Shown here piece after piece: positions 44,917 to 55,625 of a stretch of 55,625 nucleotides of DNA. Position numbers and translations under genes: made by a program. The DNA comes from Prorocentrum cordatum (Eukaryota), in contig CAUYUJ010000146.1 of assembly GCA_963575745.1 (NCBI GenBank), positions 62,001 through 117,625 of the forward strand, read 5' to 3'. The notes under the pieces are model-generated. The model did not search any database and was not told the DNA's origin. It worked only from the letters and a program-made list of their open reading frames with translations. The first letter of the stretch is position 1, and the number at the start of each line of letters is the position of its first letter.

Positions 44917-46965
44917 TCAGGCCGCCTCGGTCCTCGGCAACAGGGGGACGTGCCGAGCAACCGAGGGGCCTGCGGGCGGCTCCGCAGCCGAGCCCTCTCT
45001 CCGCGGGGCGGGGAGACCACATCGTCTGCCATCAGCTCCGCCTCGCGTGGTCCTCACCCGCCCCGCGGGCCGCTCGCCCTCGTCCAGCAGCCGACGCAGC
45101 GCGCCCAGCGGCAGCGGCGGGGCGGCGCTCGCCGCGCGGGCCCCTCTCGCCTCTGGCGGCGGGCGCGCCGCGCGCCACCGCTCCTCCTCCAGCAGCGCTC
45201 GCGAGGCGGCACGGCGTGCGGCCTCAGCTTCATCAGGTCGGTCTGCTGCTGCTGGCGGTGCTGGCGTCGGTGTCGGCGTCGGTGCTGGTGTGGCGGCGGT
45301 CGCGTCCAGCAGGCGTCTCACGATCGGCTCCTCAGCTCGTCGTCTTTCGCTTTCTGATCGCCGTGGCCTCTGCTCTCCTCTGTCTCCGCCGTCGGGTCGC
45401 GCGCCTGCTGCCTCGCTGCGCGCTCTCGCTCTGGCCGCCGCGGCCCGACGTGCCCTGTCCCGCGTCGCGGGCCCTCGGCCTGCTCCTGCAGCTGGTGGGG
45501 CGGGCAGGCTGCCAGGCTCCGCAGGCGGCGTAGCTCTCCTCGTCGCCTCCAGCGCGCCAGCAGCGTTGCCTCGGCACTTCACCCGCGGACGGCAGGGTGG
45601 CTCTTCCCGTTTGTTTCGCCAGGAAACACCACTTGTGCCCCCTGTCGTGTCGACCTCCGTGCTCTGGCTGCTGCTGGCCTCTGCAAGCTGCTCCTCGTCC
45701 TCCTCGTCCTCAGGGTCGCTCTGTGCGCGAGGCCTGTCGCAAGTGCCTTGCTCTCGCGCCGCTTGCCTCAGCCACCCCTGTAGCCTGTAGTGCCCGCTGT
45801 CGCATGCCGTGTGTCCACAGCAAGGCCCCTGCAGCTTCTTGGCGATCAGCTCAGTGGTGGCGCCGCCGCACTTCTTGCAGAACCACCTGTTGTGCCTCCT
45901 CAGCCGCCTCAGCTTGTGCGTGGGATGCGACTCGACGCCGAACTTGGTGACCGTGATCGCCGTCTCGGGCGGTGGGCCACTGCACTCCTGCGTCAGCCAG
46001 CTGTGGATGTTCTGCGCCGTCATCGTACTGGAGACCGACTGCCAGCAGCTCAGGCACGTCCAGCCTGTGCCTCGACGGTCTCGTGCCAGAACGTGTTGGG
46101 TGAGCGGCCGCCGCAAGTGGTTGTCCCCCAGCAGGTCCTTCTTGCGCACGGTGTCCTGCCGTCGCTTCTTAGCCTGAGCGCGGCGGGCCTCTCTCATCTC
46201 CTTCTCGTCTGGCGGCCTTCTGGTGATGACGTCCTTGGTGGTTGCAGCGATCCTGAGCCTCACCAGGTGCGCCGTCGCTCTCACCCACTCGTAGCAGCTC
46301 ATCTCGGTGTCGCTGATCGCGTGGGTCTTGGCGCCTGCGTCTGCGTACTGATCGGCTGCCTGGTTGCCTGCCCAGATGCGCCTCGTGATGCCCTTCGCGC
46401 GGGCCTCCTGCTCAGTCATGTGGCTGTTGAGGTGGTGCACGCTGATGTCGTTGCGGTCGCCTCCTCGCGCACGGATCGCCTCGCCCAGCTGGTGCCACAA
46501 GTCGCCGTTCGTGCAGCCGAGCCCTGTGGTCTCCTCGCGTCGCGCCGCCCAGCCCAGGCAGGTGACCTCGCTGTCGGTCCAGAAGCTGGCCTTGCCCTCC
46601 GTGGCGTTGACGAAGCTGATCAGGCTGAAGAGCTCCGCCCTGTTGTTGGTTTGCCTCGGTCCTGGCAGTGGGCCGAATCTGGCGCCCGCGATCCCGTCGG
46701 CGTCGTCGCCCTCCTTCAGCAGCACCCAGCCCCAGCCGCAGCGGCAGTATCTCTCGTCTGCGCTGTACTCGCCTCCTGAGCCGTCGCCGCAGCCCGTGAT
46801 CTCGCCGCCGTCGCTGGCGGAGAGCCTGTTGTTGGTGATGCAGGCGCCCACGGTGTGCTCGACGTGTTGGGTGTCGCACTTGGGCGGCGTGGTCCACTTC
46901 TTGGGCGTGATGCCTCTGAGCCAGAAGGCGGGGTTCTCCTTGGCCCCCTCGATGGCCCTGCATGC
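44917..46965 (-). mobile_element. 5'-truncated LINE fragment: RNase H plus two His/Cys zinc-binding motifs
   Basis: Motifs FWLRGI, GDGSGG, RCGWG, QTNNRAEL, WTDS, NGDLW, LNSH, GNQAADQYA, WTCLSC and HPTH...WFCKKCG; the upstream end abuts (TCC)n. Confidence 0.9.
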
Positions 46966-47336
46966 CGGAGGAGGAGGAGGAGGAGGAGGAGGAGGAGGAG
47001 GAGGAGGAGGAGGAGGAAGGCTCGGGCCGTTGACGCTTCGGGGCCGTGCAGCGGAGAGCGCGCCGCGCCGAAGCGTGGCGGGCCCCCACAGGCGTACACC
47101 CTGCGAAATGCTTAAGAAATCATGGGTTAAGAAATTCATAGTCTCTGAACTTGAATAAAAGCCAACATTTCTATGAAAATCTTGGGATGCACATTGAAAC
47201 GTTAAGACTACTCGAGACTCTGGCCGAAAACTTGGGTTTTCTTAAGCATCGCCTAGGGCGTAGCGACACGCGGGCCAGAAGTTCCCGACCGCCGGAGCGG
47301 CTTTCGCTGGGAACCCCCAAAGCGGGTGGTGAGATA

Positions 47337-47516
47337 CCCCAGGTTTCGTAATAAGAGGGAGGGGGTCTGGACCCTCCAAGACAAGCCATTTCAGACCTCC
47401 CCCGTGGGAGGACCCTCCAAAACATCGTCCCCAGACCTCCCCAGGCCCTCCAAGATAGCCTGGAAGAGACCCCTCCCCGAAATGAGACCCCCCTGCCTTT
47501 ATTACGAAATCTGGAG
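47337..47516. mobile_element. MITE with TA TSD, copy 2
   Basis: Homologous to 9491-9672; flanked by TA on both sides. Confidence 0.9.
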
Positions 47517-48702
47517 TACCAGGTGGCGACCTGGAATCCCCAAAAAGGTCACCGCTGGGTTTGTGGACACGGGGTCACCACCGGGTTCTGTGACTCCTCG
47601 ACCCACCAGTGCTCGGGACATCCTCGGAAAACCGCACGAGTCCCCAAACCGGGTGGTGACACCAAATCGCCCGAGACTCACCGCCAGGTGTTGTCACCAC
47701 CACGTTTGGGGACTACCAATTTCGGGGATTCACTGACCCGGGTCAATCCAGACCCGGGTTTGTCAGGCCGCATGCAGGATCCTGCAGGATCATGCACCCA
47801 AGCCCGGGTCAGCGCGCCCCTGGCTCTGCGGGATCCTGCAAGATCTGGCGCTCCGGCTGACCTGCGTTTGCATTGATCGAGTCGGGGGTGGGCTACAGAA
47901 TTGATTTACCCCGACACTGGTCTCTTCGTCGAATCCATAAGAAGATACTGCGCCTTTCTGGTAGATTCGACGAAAAATCAAGTTTGGCGTACGTGCATCA
48001 ATCCTGTAGTCTATCCCCTATTCGAATTGAAACCCGTCGCAATAGAGGAACAACAACGGCATAAGCATAAACTTTCGGCTCTCCGCACGGATTTCTTGGA
48101 TCTGCGCTGGACCCCCCTCCCAAGCGCGCGGAGCCCCTGGCGCCGCCAGGGTGGCCCAGCGCAGCTCCAAGAAAGCCGCGCGGAGCCCTGAACATTTATG
48201 TTTATGCTGTTTTGTCTTCTTCGGGGGGGGGCTGAGGATGAGGAGGGGGAGGGGGAGGGGGAGGGGGAGGGGGAGGGAGGAGGAGGAGGAGGAGGGGGAG
48301 GAGGAGGAGGAGGAGGAGGAGGAGGAGGAGAGGAGGAGGAGGAGGAGGAGAAAGAGGAGGAGGAAGAAGAGGAAGAGGATGAGGAGGAACTGCCGCCAGG
48401 GCGCCTGGTCCACCCTGGGCTGGGGGGCAGCTGCGGTGCGCCGGGGATGCCCGCTGGGTGGGCGGCGCGCGGGTGCACGTCGCGCGGCGGCGTGGTGACC
48501 TCCCCGGCGCGGCGGGGGCGGCGGCGGCGAGTTCCCGCTCCGGCCTCCTTCGTCCTGCCCTGCCTTCCTCCCCTGCCTCCTCCTTCCCCCTGCCCTCCTG
48601 TCCCCTCCTCCTCCTCCTCCTTCTCCTCCTCCACCTCCTCCTCTCCCTCCTCTCTCCTCCTCCCTCCTCCTCCGACCCTCTTCGCTCCTCGCTCCTCGCT
48701 CC

Positions 48703-49227
48703 TTGTTCGACATCAGCGTGTGCGACCTCTTTCAATGCGATGGGCTTGACTTGGACGAAGAGGACAACATGGATATTGAGGCGCGGGTGCAGCAGCTCAA
48801 GAAGGGCCTGTCGTCGATGGCGAGCTCACTCTTCGCGGAGGCCAAGCAGAAGGTGGACGCGCTCAAGAGCACGCACGCCCAGCACCTCAAGAGGCTCGCC
48901 GCCAAGCGCAGGCGCACCGACGACGAGCAGATGGACGGACTGCCTGAGGAACCCGATGTGCCAGCTGAACCTCCTGACGGAGCTGCTGCAGCGTCGGCTA
49001 CAGCTCCTCCTTCGGCTGCTGCAGCTGCGGCCGCCGAGTGCCCTGCTCCTGGTTCACCGCCAGCTTCAGGCAAGTACGCGGGCAAGGGCGTCCCGCTGCG
49101 TGCTGGAGCAGGCGATGAGGCCAAGGCGGCGCCAGGGTCACCAAGCACGGCTTCGGCACCACCAGCGGCTGCTTCGGCTCGTGAGCGCGCTGGCTGCATC
49201 GCAGGTGCACCCTCGAATCAAGATTAG
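48703..49227 (+). pseudogene. Probable ORF1 C-terminal fragment of the downstream LINE (coiled coil, KRRR basic motif)
   Basis: DIEARVQQLKKGL...QHLKRLAAKRRRTDD lies upstream of and co-oriented with ORF2. Confidence 0.5.
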
Positions 49228-50173
49228 TTTCCCCCTGGAGGCCAGCTTTGAGGAACGCCGTTCGCTCGTTTCGTCGGTTGATCGGGGTCCGCAGGTCCGT
49301 CGCTCGAGCAGCGGCCTTCAGGGGGGCTTTGAACCATGTTATACTTTTCTTCGCACGGAGCCCCGCTCCGCCGCGCAAGCTGCCCTACTGGCCAAGAGGG
49401 GAGCTCGCACCGTCCCGAAGCCAGGTCGGGATCCCGCCTTGGTCTCCAGCGCTGCGCTGGACTTCTCGCTGCCAAGGGCCTTGTGTCCTGTGCTCTCCCC
49501 TGGCAAACCATCGTGCAAGGCTGTCGTGGACGGGGCCCCCACCGCGTCTGCCGAGGCCGTTTCCCGCCCCCACGTTTCTTCCGCCGCGCTCGAGAACATG
49601 GCCTTAGTCGGAGCGTGAATTACCTATCCCGCTTTCGCTTCCAGGCAAAACCAAGTCATACCTCGCGCCTCCTCGTCAAGCGGCCTGACCAGTACAGGCC
49701 GTAGTCTGGCATCGTTTGGTATCTCTTGGAAGCGAGGGTGGTCAAAAACGAGGTAGGTTTGTTCTCCCCCGGGGGGGTTCGCTAGAGCTCAATCCTGAGC
49801 CTGGGAGAGGAGAGGAGGAAGGGAGGGAGGGAGGGAGGGAGGGAGGGAGGAGGGAGGAGGAGGAGGAGGCAGGAGGAGGAGGAGGAGGAGGAGGAGGCCT
49901 TGGAGCGCTCGAAGAGTGACGTGGGACGCTTGGAGTCGCAGGGCGGCCGCCGCTCTGCCTGTCTGACGCCCGCGGCGCACTCTGTCCGCAGGTGCAAGCC
50001 TTCCGCCGCCTGCTCCTCCTCCTCCTCCTGCTCCTCCTCCTCCTCCTCCTCCTCCTCCTCTCCTCCTCCTCCTCTCTCCCTCCTCCCTCCTCCCTCCTCC
50101 CTCCTCCTCCTCCTCCTCCTCCTCCTCCTCCTCCTCCTCCTCCTCCTGTGAGGTGCCGCTCACGATTCATACC

Positions 50174-50328
50174 TGAAGGGCCCCACAAACACACGAACGA
50201 ATACACACAAATAAAACTCTTCCCCCATATGTTCTGGGTTTCTGTCTTCCCCCCCACTTCCCATAGTTTCCCATATTTTCTGGGAGTGGGCGATGAATTG
50301 TGTCTGTGTGTTTTTGTTCCCCTCCTGA
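50174..50328. mobile_element. Free copy of the element that forms intron 16002-16167; 5-bp TSD ATACC
   Basis: TSD at 50169-50173 and 50329-50333; removal restores LTIHTASAK at the endonuclease start. Confidence 0.9.
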
Positions 50329-52239
50329 ATACCGCTAGTGCCAAGTAGTGGGGCACGTTGAAAGGTTTGTTGGTCGATTGCTCAGCCCACATTGTGCCCG
50401 CTCAGGAGCAGCGTCTGCTTTCCTCGGGCGACACTGAGCAGGCCAGAGCATGGTGTATCAGAAGGGGGTGGGCATCAGTCTGGGCTCCTGCTATTCCTAC
50501 CCTCGCGCAGGACACTAGTGGGGGGGGGGGTCGCTGTCTTCGTGCGTTCCTGGATGGGGCTTCTGGAGGTCGACGATGCCATCACGACGCCTGGGCGATT
50601 GCACTGCGTGCTCCGCGCACCTCCCTGGATCCCCCCCTATTCTGGTGGCGTCCGCTTACCGTCACCATTCCAAAGGTCTGAGCGACGCGAATCTTTCTCT
50701 GCTCGCCAAGCTTGGCGAGCAACTGTCCGCTGTTGGCCAGCCGTGGGTGCTCGGAGCCGACTTCCATTTCGACCCGACTGTGCTCGAGTCCTCTTCGTTT
50801 GCGTCGGAGTCGAGGGCCAGCCTCATCTTCCCGTCTGTGGCCGCGCACTCTCCTGCTGGTCCTCCCACCACCTTTGACTATTTTGTCTGCTCAGGGGGCT
50901 TAGCCAAAGGTATCAAGTCGGTCGATGCGCGATTGGACACGGAGCTCTCGCCCCATGGACCTGTGCAGCTGGTCTTCCACCCCCAACTTGCGGTGCTCAA
51001 GGCCCTGTCTTCCAAGAAGCCCCCCCCCCCTCTGCCTTCTCAGGCTGTGTTTGGGCCTGTTCCTAGGGGCAGTTGCTGGGAAGGGGGGCTGGCCTTGGCG
51101 GCCGAGGCCGAGAGATGCCTCAATGATGGGGGCCCGAGTGGGGCCCGTCGCCTCTTGGGCCCCTTGTACCGACGTTGGGCCGACCACGCCGAGCGTGATT
51201 TGACCCCCCTGGTTGGCGCCCCCCCCCCCAGGCTTGGCACGAGGGGCGTAGGTCCCCGGCTGGTCTGGAAACCGATCTTGACTGAAGACGGGAGTGCGCG
51301 TTACCCAGGCCACCGTGCTATCAGATGGTTAGGGCAGCAGCTTCGCGCCTTCATGCATTCTCGCTGCGGAGGCGCTTCGGTTTCTGCTGCGAGGCTCGGC
51401 CGCGTGCTGGTGGAGCCCCCGCCTGGCATCGCGTCCGCCATGGACGACTACGCCTTGCTCTTCGGTCGCGTGGCTCACGAGGTCTCCACCCTGCTAGCTA
51501 GATGGGGACGTGCAGTCGCTTGCCGATCTGTATGCTCAGGTGCACGCCGCTGTCCAGGCTGCCGGCGCCAAGTACGCAGCCAAGAGCAGGAGCGACTGGA
51601 ATGCCTGTTTACATGTTGGGGTGGACAAAGGAGCGAGGGGGGTTCATCAGTTCATCGAGGATCCGTCTCCTTGGGTTCCCTCGTCGACCCTCTCGACTGC
51701 GGGGCGCGCGGTCAGCGATCCTCTCTCTCTGCTCAAGGCTGAGGGGCGGAGATTCAACAGTATATGGGGAGAAGGTAAAAGGGGCCGACTTTGACGGTCT
51801 GGTCAGTAAGCCTGCCCCGCGTCTCACGGCTAGTGAAATCAGAAAAATTTCGAAGTCGTGCAAAGACTCGTCAGCCGTGGCGGTCGACGGATTTCATTGC
51901 AGGCACTTCTCGCTCTTGCCAGACGGGGCGCTTGGCTGCCCCAGCGTTTCTTTTTTTGTTTCCTTCTTCTTCTTCCTCTCTCTCTCTCTCTCCCTTTTTT
52001 TTTGTTTTGTTATGTTTTTTCTTTCAGTCATGGAAGCTTCAGGGCGTTTGCCGCCGCAGATCTCGGTGGTCACGTTGGCCCCCCTTCCTAAGCCGACGGG
52101 CGGATGCAGGCCGATTGGGGCGTTCTGCTCCTGGTTCAGGGTCCGGGCCCGCTGTCGGCGGCCCCTCGCCTTGAGCTGGGAGCAGGAACGCCCCAAAAGG
52201 CACTGGGCTGCTGGTCGGTTTCGAGGAGCGGCCGACGTT

Positions 52240-52307
52240 GTCTACTCTGTAAGAACGGTTTTTTGAAGGCAGATCTGCCTTCAAAACACCGTTCTTACAG
52301 AGTAGAC
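52240..52307. repeat. 68-bp near-perfect palindrome inserted in the RT
   Basis: GTCTACTCTGTAAGAACGGTTTTTTGAAGGCAGA|TCTGCCTTCAAAACACCGTTCTTACAGAGTAGAC, one mismatch. Confidence 0.95.
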
Positions 52308-55300
52308 CAGTCTTTCCTCCTTGCAGGTAGAGTGCGAATCCAGAGGCAGGCTGTTGCTGCTGAAACTGCCTTGGCTGTTGGGGAGTCCTCGTGCTCGGTG
52401 CCGTTTTTTGACCTTCGTATGCTCTGCGAGAACATGTGTCTTCAGGGACTTGAGGTTCGTTGCAGGAAGCATGGGTTCCCTTTGGCCATCGCCAGGCTGT
52501 GCATCTATGCCTGCAGGTGCGGTCGTCTCTTGCGCCTCGGAGGCTGGCTCGAGGGGCCCGGCGTCTGCCTTGGAGGAGTGGTGGCGGGCTGCTCGATGGG
52601 CACCGCGCTCATGCGGGTCTTTTGCCAAGATGGTTACGATTCCCTACCCATCCGTCCGAGGCTCGACCTCGATGTGTACATCGATGACCAGGGCCTGTCG
52701 CGCTCTGGATCGCATCGCTCCGTTGTCGGGTCGATCGTCGAAGGGGCCAAGTCGCTCCGCGTGGTTGTTGAATCTTGCTTCGGTTGCTCTTTCGCTCTCG
52801 GCAAAAAAAGGCCGCCGTTGCTTCCTCCAAGGCGTTGGGGGGGCGAAGTGTCTCTTGAGATCCCCCACCTCGGAGGACATTTTACTTCCAGCGCTGTCAA
52901 CTTAGGCGTCGACTGCACGGCGAGTCGAGCGCTCGGGGTCGCTGGCCGCCCAGTGAAGTCCAAAATGCGGATTGTCGAGGCCGCGCGCGCGGCCGGGAGA
53001 TTGAAACGCCAAAGCAAGGTTTTGTCTCGCCCCCAGTTGTTTTTGTTGTTTTTGCCGCGGGCCCGCTGGCTGGGGCCTCATGCGGCGCCGAGATCACTGG
53101 CGCGGGCGACTCCGAGCTTTTGCGTCTCCGTCGGAAAGTGTTTTCGGTGGTGAGGCCATGCTCTCAGCTGCGCTCTCTGACCGCGGCCGCTATTCTGGAC
53201 TATGGCCCGCGCTGGCGCACCTCCGCCGCCCCCATCCTCGGGTGGTCGAAGGAGTTGTGGCTGAGCCAGTTGGGGGCCTACTCCTGGGGTCTGTCTCTGC
53301 CTGCCCTCCGTCGTGCCTGGGCAGCTGCGTTCTCGAACCCTGCGTGCTCTTGGGGGTCGGTCGCGGGCCCAGTCTCGGCTCTTAGGATGTCCCTGGTGCG
53401 CTTGGGCTGGCGCATGGATAACTTCATGACGGTGCGAGATGATCGTGGCTTCCTTATCCCGCTGGGGATCTTCTCGCCTGCCCTCTTTAAGATGCCGCTT
53501 AAAGAAGGCGACTTCAGAATGTTAGGACGCGCGTCGGGAGAGAAGCAAGAGGTTCTTCCGAGGATATGCGATGATGTGCTGCGCGAGGCGTTGGCCCCCT
53601 CGAAATACTCGGCCCTTCAGAAGGCCCACGTCAGCGCCTTCGCTGCGGAGGCCATCTTTACGGGGGGGGGGGGGGCGAGCGCGAAGCTTAGGCTACCTCG
53701 TGGGCGGCCTCTGCCCCTTCTGCGGCGCCGTGGGCGCGATGTTCCACCGGCTGTGGGAATGCTGCCGCGAGCCCATCGCCGAGCCTAGATCGAGCTCAGT
53801 TGGGGCTAGCACTGTGGCGGAAGCTTTGGCCGCGAAGGACGACGACAGTGAAGCGGTCGTTTGTATTTCTGGAGCTTTCCACCACCCTGCCGACATCTAC
53901 CCTGGGCCCCTTACTGAGTCGGAAAATGGTCCGTTTCTTGTGTGGCACCATGAAGATATTCTCAACCGTGCTGGGGCTCAGCCTGGCAACGAGGTATGGG
54001 GTAATGTTTTCATCGGCGGCTCCCCCAGCCGCCATGCTGTTCGGGGGCTCTCGCGTGCAGCCTGTAGCGCTGTCATGGTGGACGACCAAGGTGACGCCAT
54101 CGCAGACTTCAGGGCCCCTGTTTGGGCTCCGTACCCCCAGACGCCCCAATCGGCTGAGACGCCCCAATCGGCTGAGTTTAGTTGCTGGACCTGGGCCAAC
54201 GTGCTCGCTTCGTCCGCCAGCGAGATTCTCTGATTGTAGCAACGTGGTGAAGCTTGCTGGTCGGCCTCGCGACGAGCAGCTGAGGGGTAAGAGGGCTTAC
54301 TCGGGGGCGTTCCTGCAGCTCTACGCTCAAGGTGTGCGGCCAGCCATCTGCACCAAGGTCGCAGCTCACAAGGAGCTGGACGAGGCGGGTATCGACCCTG
54401 CCGAGCGCTGGAGGCGCCTCGGCAACCATCTCGCCGATGCGGCCGCCAAGCACGCGGTCCACCTTCACCTTGCATGTCCAGACAAGCTTGCTGCTGCCGA
54501 CAAACTTGTCGCCCACGCGCGCCAGACCATTCGTTAGGCCGCGTATGTGCTGCATCTGTGGCCTGCCTTGGACCTCTCCGAGGCGGCTCGTGCCCCGTCT
54601 GTGCCCTCAGCCGCGGCCGCGCCTGCAGGACACCGCTGGGAGTCTTGGGCGGGCGTCTGGCGCTGCGCGGTCTGCCTTAGAAGCCGACGCTCGGCGGAGA
54701 AGCCTCCGCCTGGCGTCTGCCCGGTGGATTCGGCCTTGCACGCCTCTCGCCAGGACGCCCTCGAGCATCGTGCGATCGCGTTCGGCTGCTCCGACGGCTC
54801 CGTTCTTTTCATGTGCATGCGTTGCAAAGCTCATTCCAGCGGAGCGATGGTCCGCGGTTTGGGCGCCCAAGTGCCAGCCTCCTCCTTCGCGCGCTGCGAG
54901 GTGCGGCTGGAACGGTCTGTGCAAAGGTCGGCACCCGCATTATCAGCAGCAAAAGGCGGGAGTTAGCGTAGACCCTGGCAATCTCATGCGCTGTTTCAAT
55001 ACGTATGCCTGATTTATCTTTTTCGGCCCTCTGCTCGTCATCTTAGCAGGTGGGCGACTGGTCCTCTCAGTGAGGTCTTTGATGGAGCGTGGAGCTCAAA
55101 AAATGGCTCCTCGCTCCTCGCTCCTCGCTCCTCCTCCTCCTCCTCCTCCTCCTCCTCCTCCTGCTCCTCCTCCTCCTCCTCCTCCTCCTCCTCCTCCTGC
55201 CTCCTCCTCCTCCTCCTTCCTCCTCCTCCTCCTCCTCCTTCTCCTCCGTGCTCCCTCTGCCTCAGCGTGGAACGGGAGGCCTCCGAACACAACGAAGCCC

Positions 55301-55625
55301 TCTGATGGCCATAGGCTCGGCCGTTTGGAATCTGGCACCAAGTCGGCCCCGGTGGCGAGATTCGGCCGCGAGATCTTCGGGGCACCTGCGCCTCCAGGTT
55401 GCTCGTTCGACCGTGATGCTCCCCAGTGATACTCCCTCGTCCCCACCCGCTCCCCTCCCGTACTGTGAGGGCTTTGATAAAGCGCTGTTAGATAAGGAAT
55501 ACAGAATGTGGAAGCCAGGGGGCACCAACTGAGGCTTGAGGCTTGTGGCTTGAGAAGGAGGAGGAGAAGGAGGAGGTGGACAAGGAGGAGGAGGAGGAGG
55601 AGGAGGAGGAGGAGGAGGAGGAGGA

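Larger units (their letters stand above)
50148..55012 (+). mobile_element. Degenerate LINE ORF2: APE endonuclease, RT, CxxC-H-C finger, RNase H, C-terminal zinc motifs
   Basis: Endonuclease: HIVPAQE, GGVAVF, WVLGADF, TFDYF, HGPV. RT: PKPTGGCRPIG, GVVAGC, VYIDD, NLGVD. Finger: CPFCG...HRLWEC. RNase H: QTPQSAE, SDC, KVAAH, GNHLADAAAK. Then WRCAVC and CMRC. Many frameshifts. Confidence 0.9.

Noticed and set aside
55091..55110. Second spliced-leader relic (minus strand AGCCATTTTTTGAGCTC)
   Set aside because: Match is partial and no gene follows

Overview
GC-rich eukaryotic DNA, very probably dinoflagellate: a relic DinoSL spliced leader, GA-AG introns, and abundant (GGA)n, MITE and LINE debris. 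Four main zones. (1) 1-8.1 kb holds three or more intronless, partly broken minus-strand genes of unknown function. They are separated by a duplicated ~1-kb spacer, studded with 14 exact co-oriented copies of the 12-mer CCGCTGCTGCGG, and bounded by palindromic iterons, which suggests an undescribed mobile or virus-like cassette array. (2) 8.1-15.6 kb is dispersed repeats, MITEs, Helitron-like ends and satellites. (3) 15.6-30.7 kb, minus strand, is one giant gene (~3,650 aa once reassembled) for a mucin-stalked type I membrane protein. It follows a relic spliced leader (retrogene signature) and has re-acquired introns from several unrelated TIR elements and one tandem duplication; the three clear introns all use CAG|GA junctions. 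A 2-kb RNase H LINE fragment with a 16-bp TSD also interrupts it. (4) 31-55.6 kb is simple repeats, satellites and three degenerate non-LTR retrotransposons (one RTE-like, two with RNase H). All calls come from reading the sequence by eye; no database search was run.
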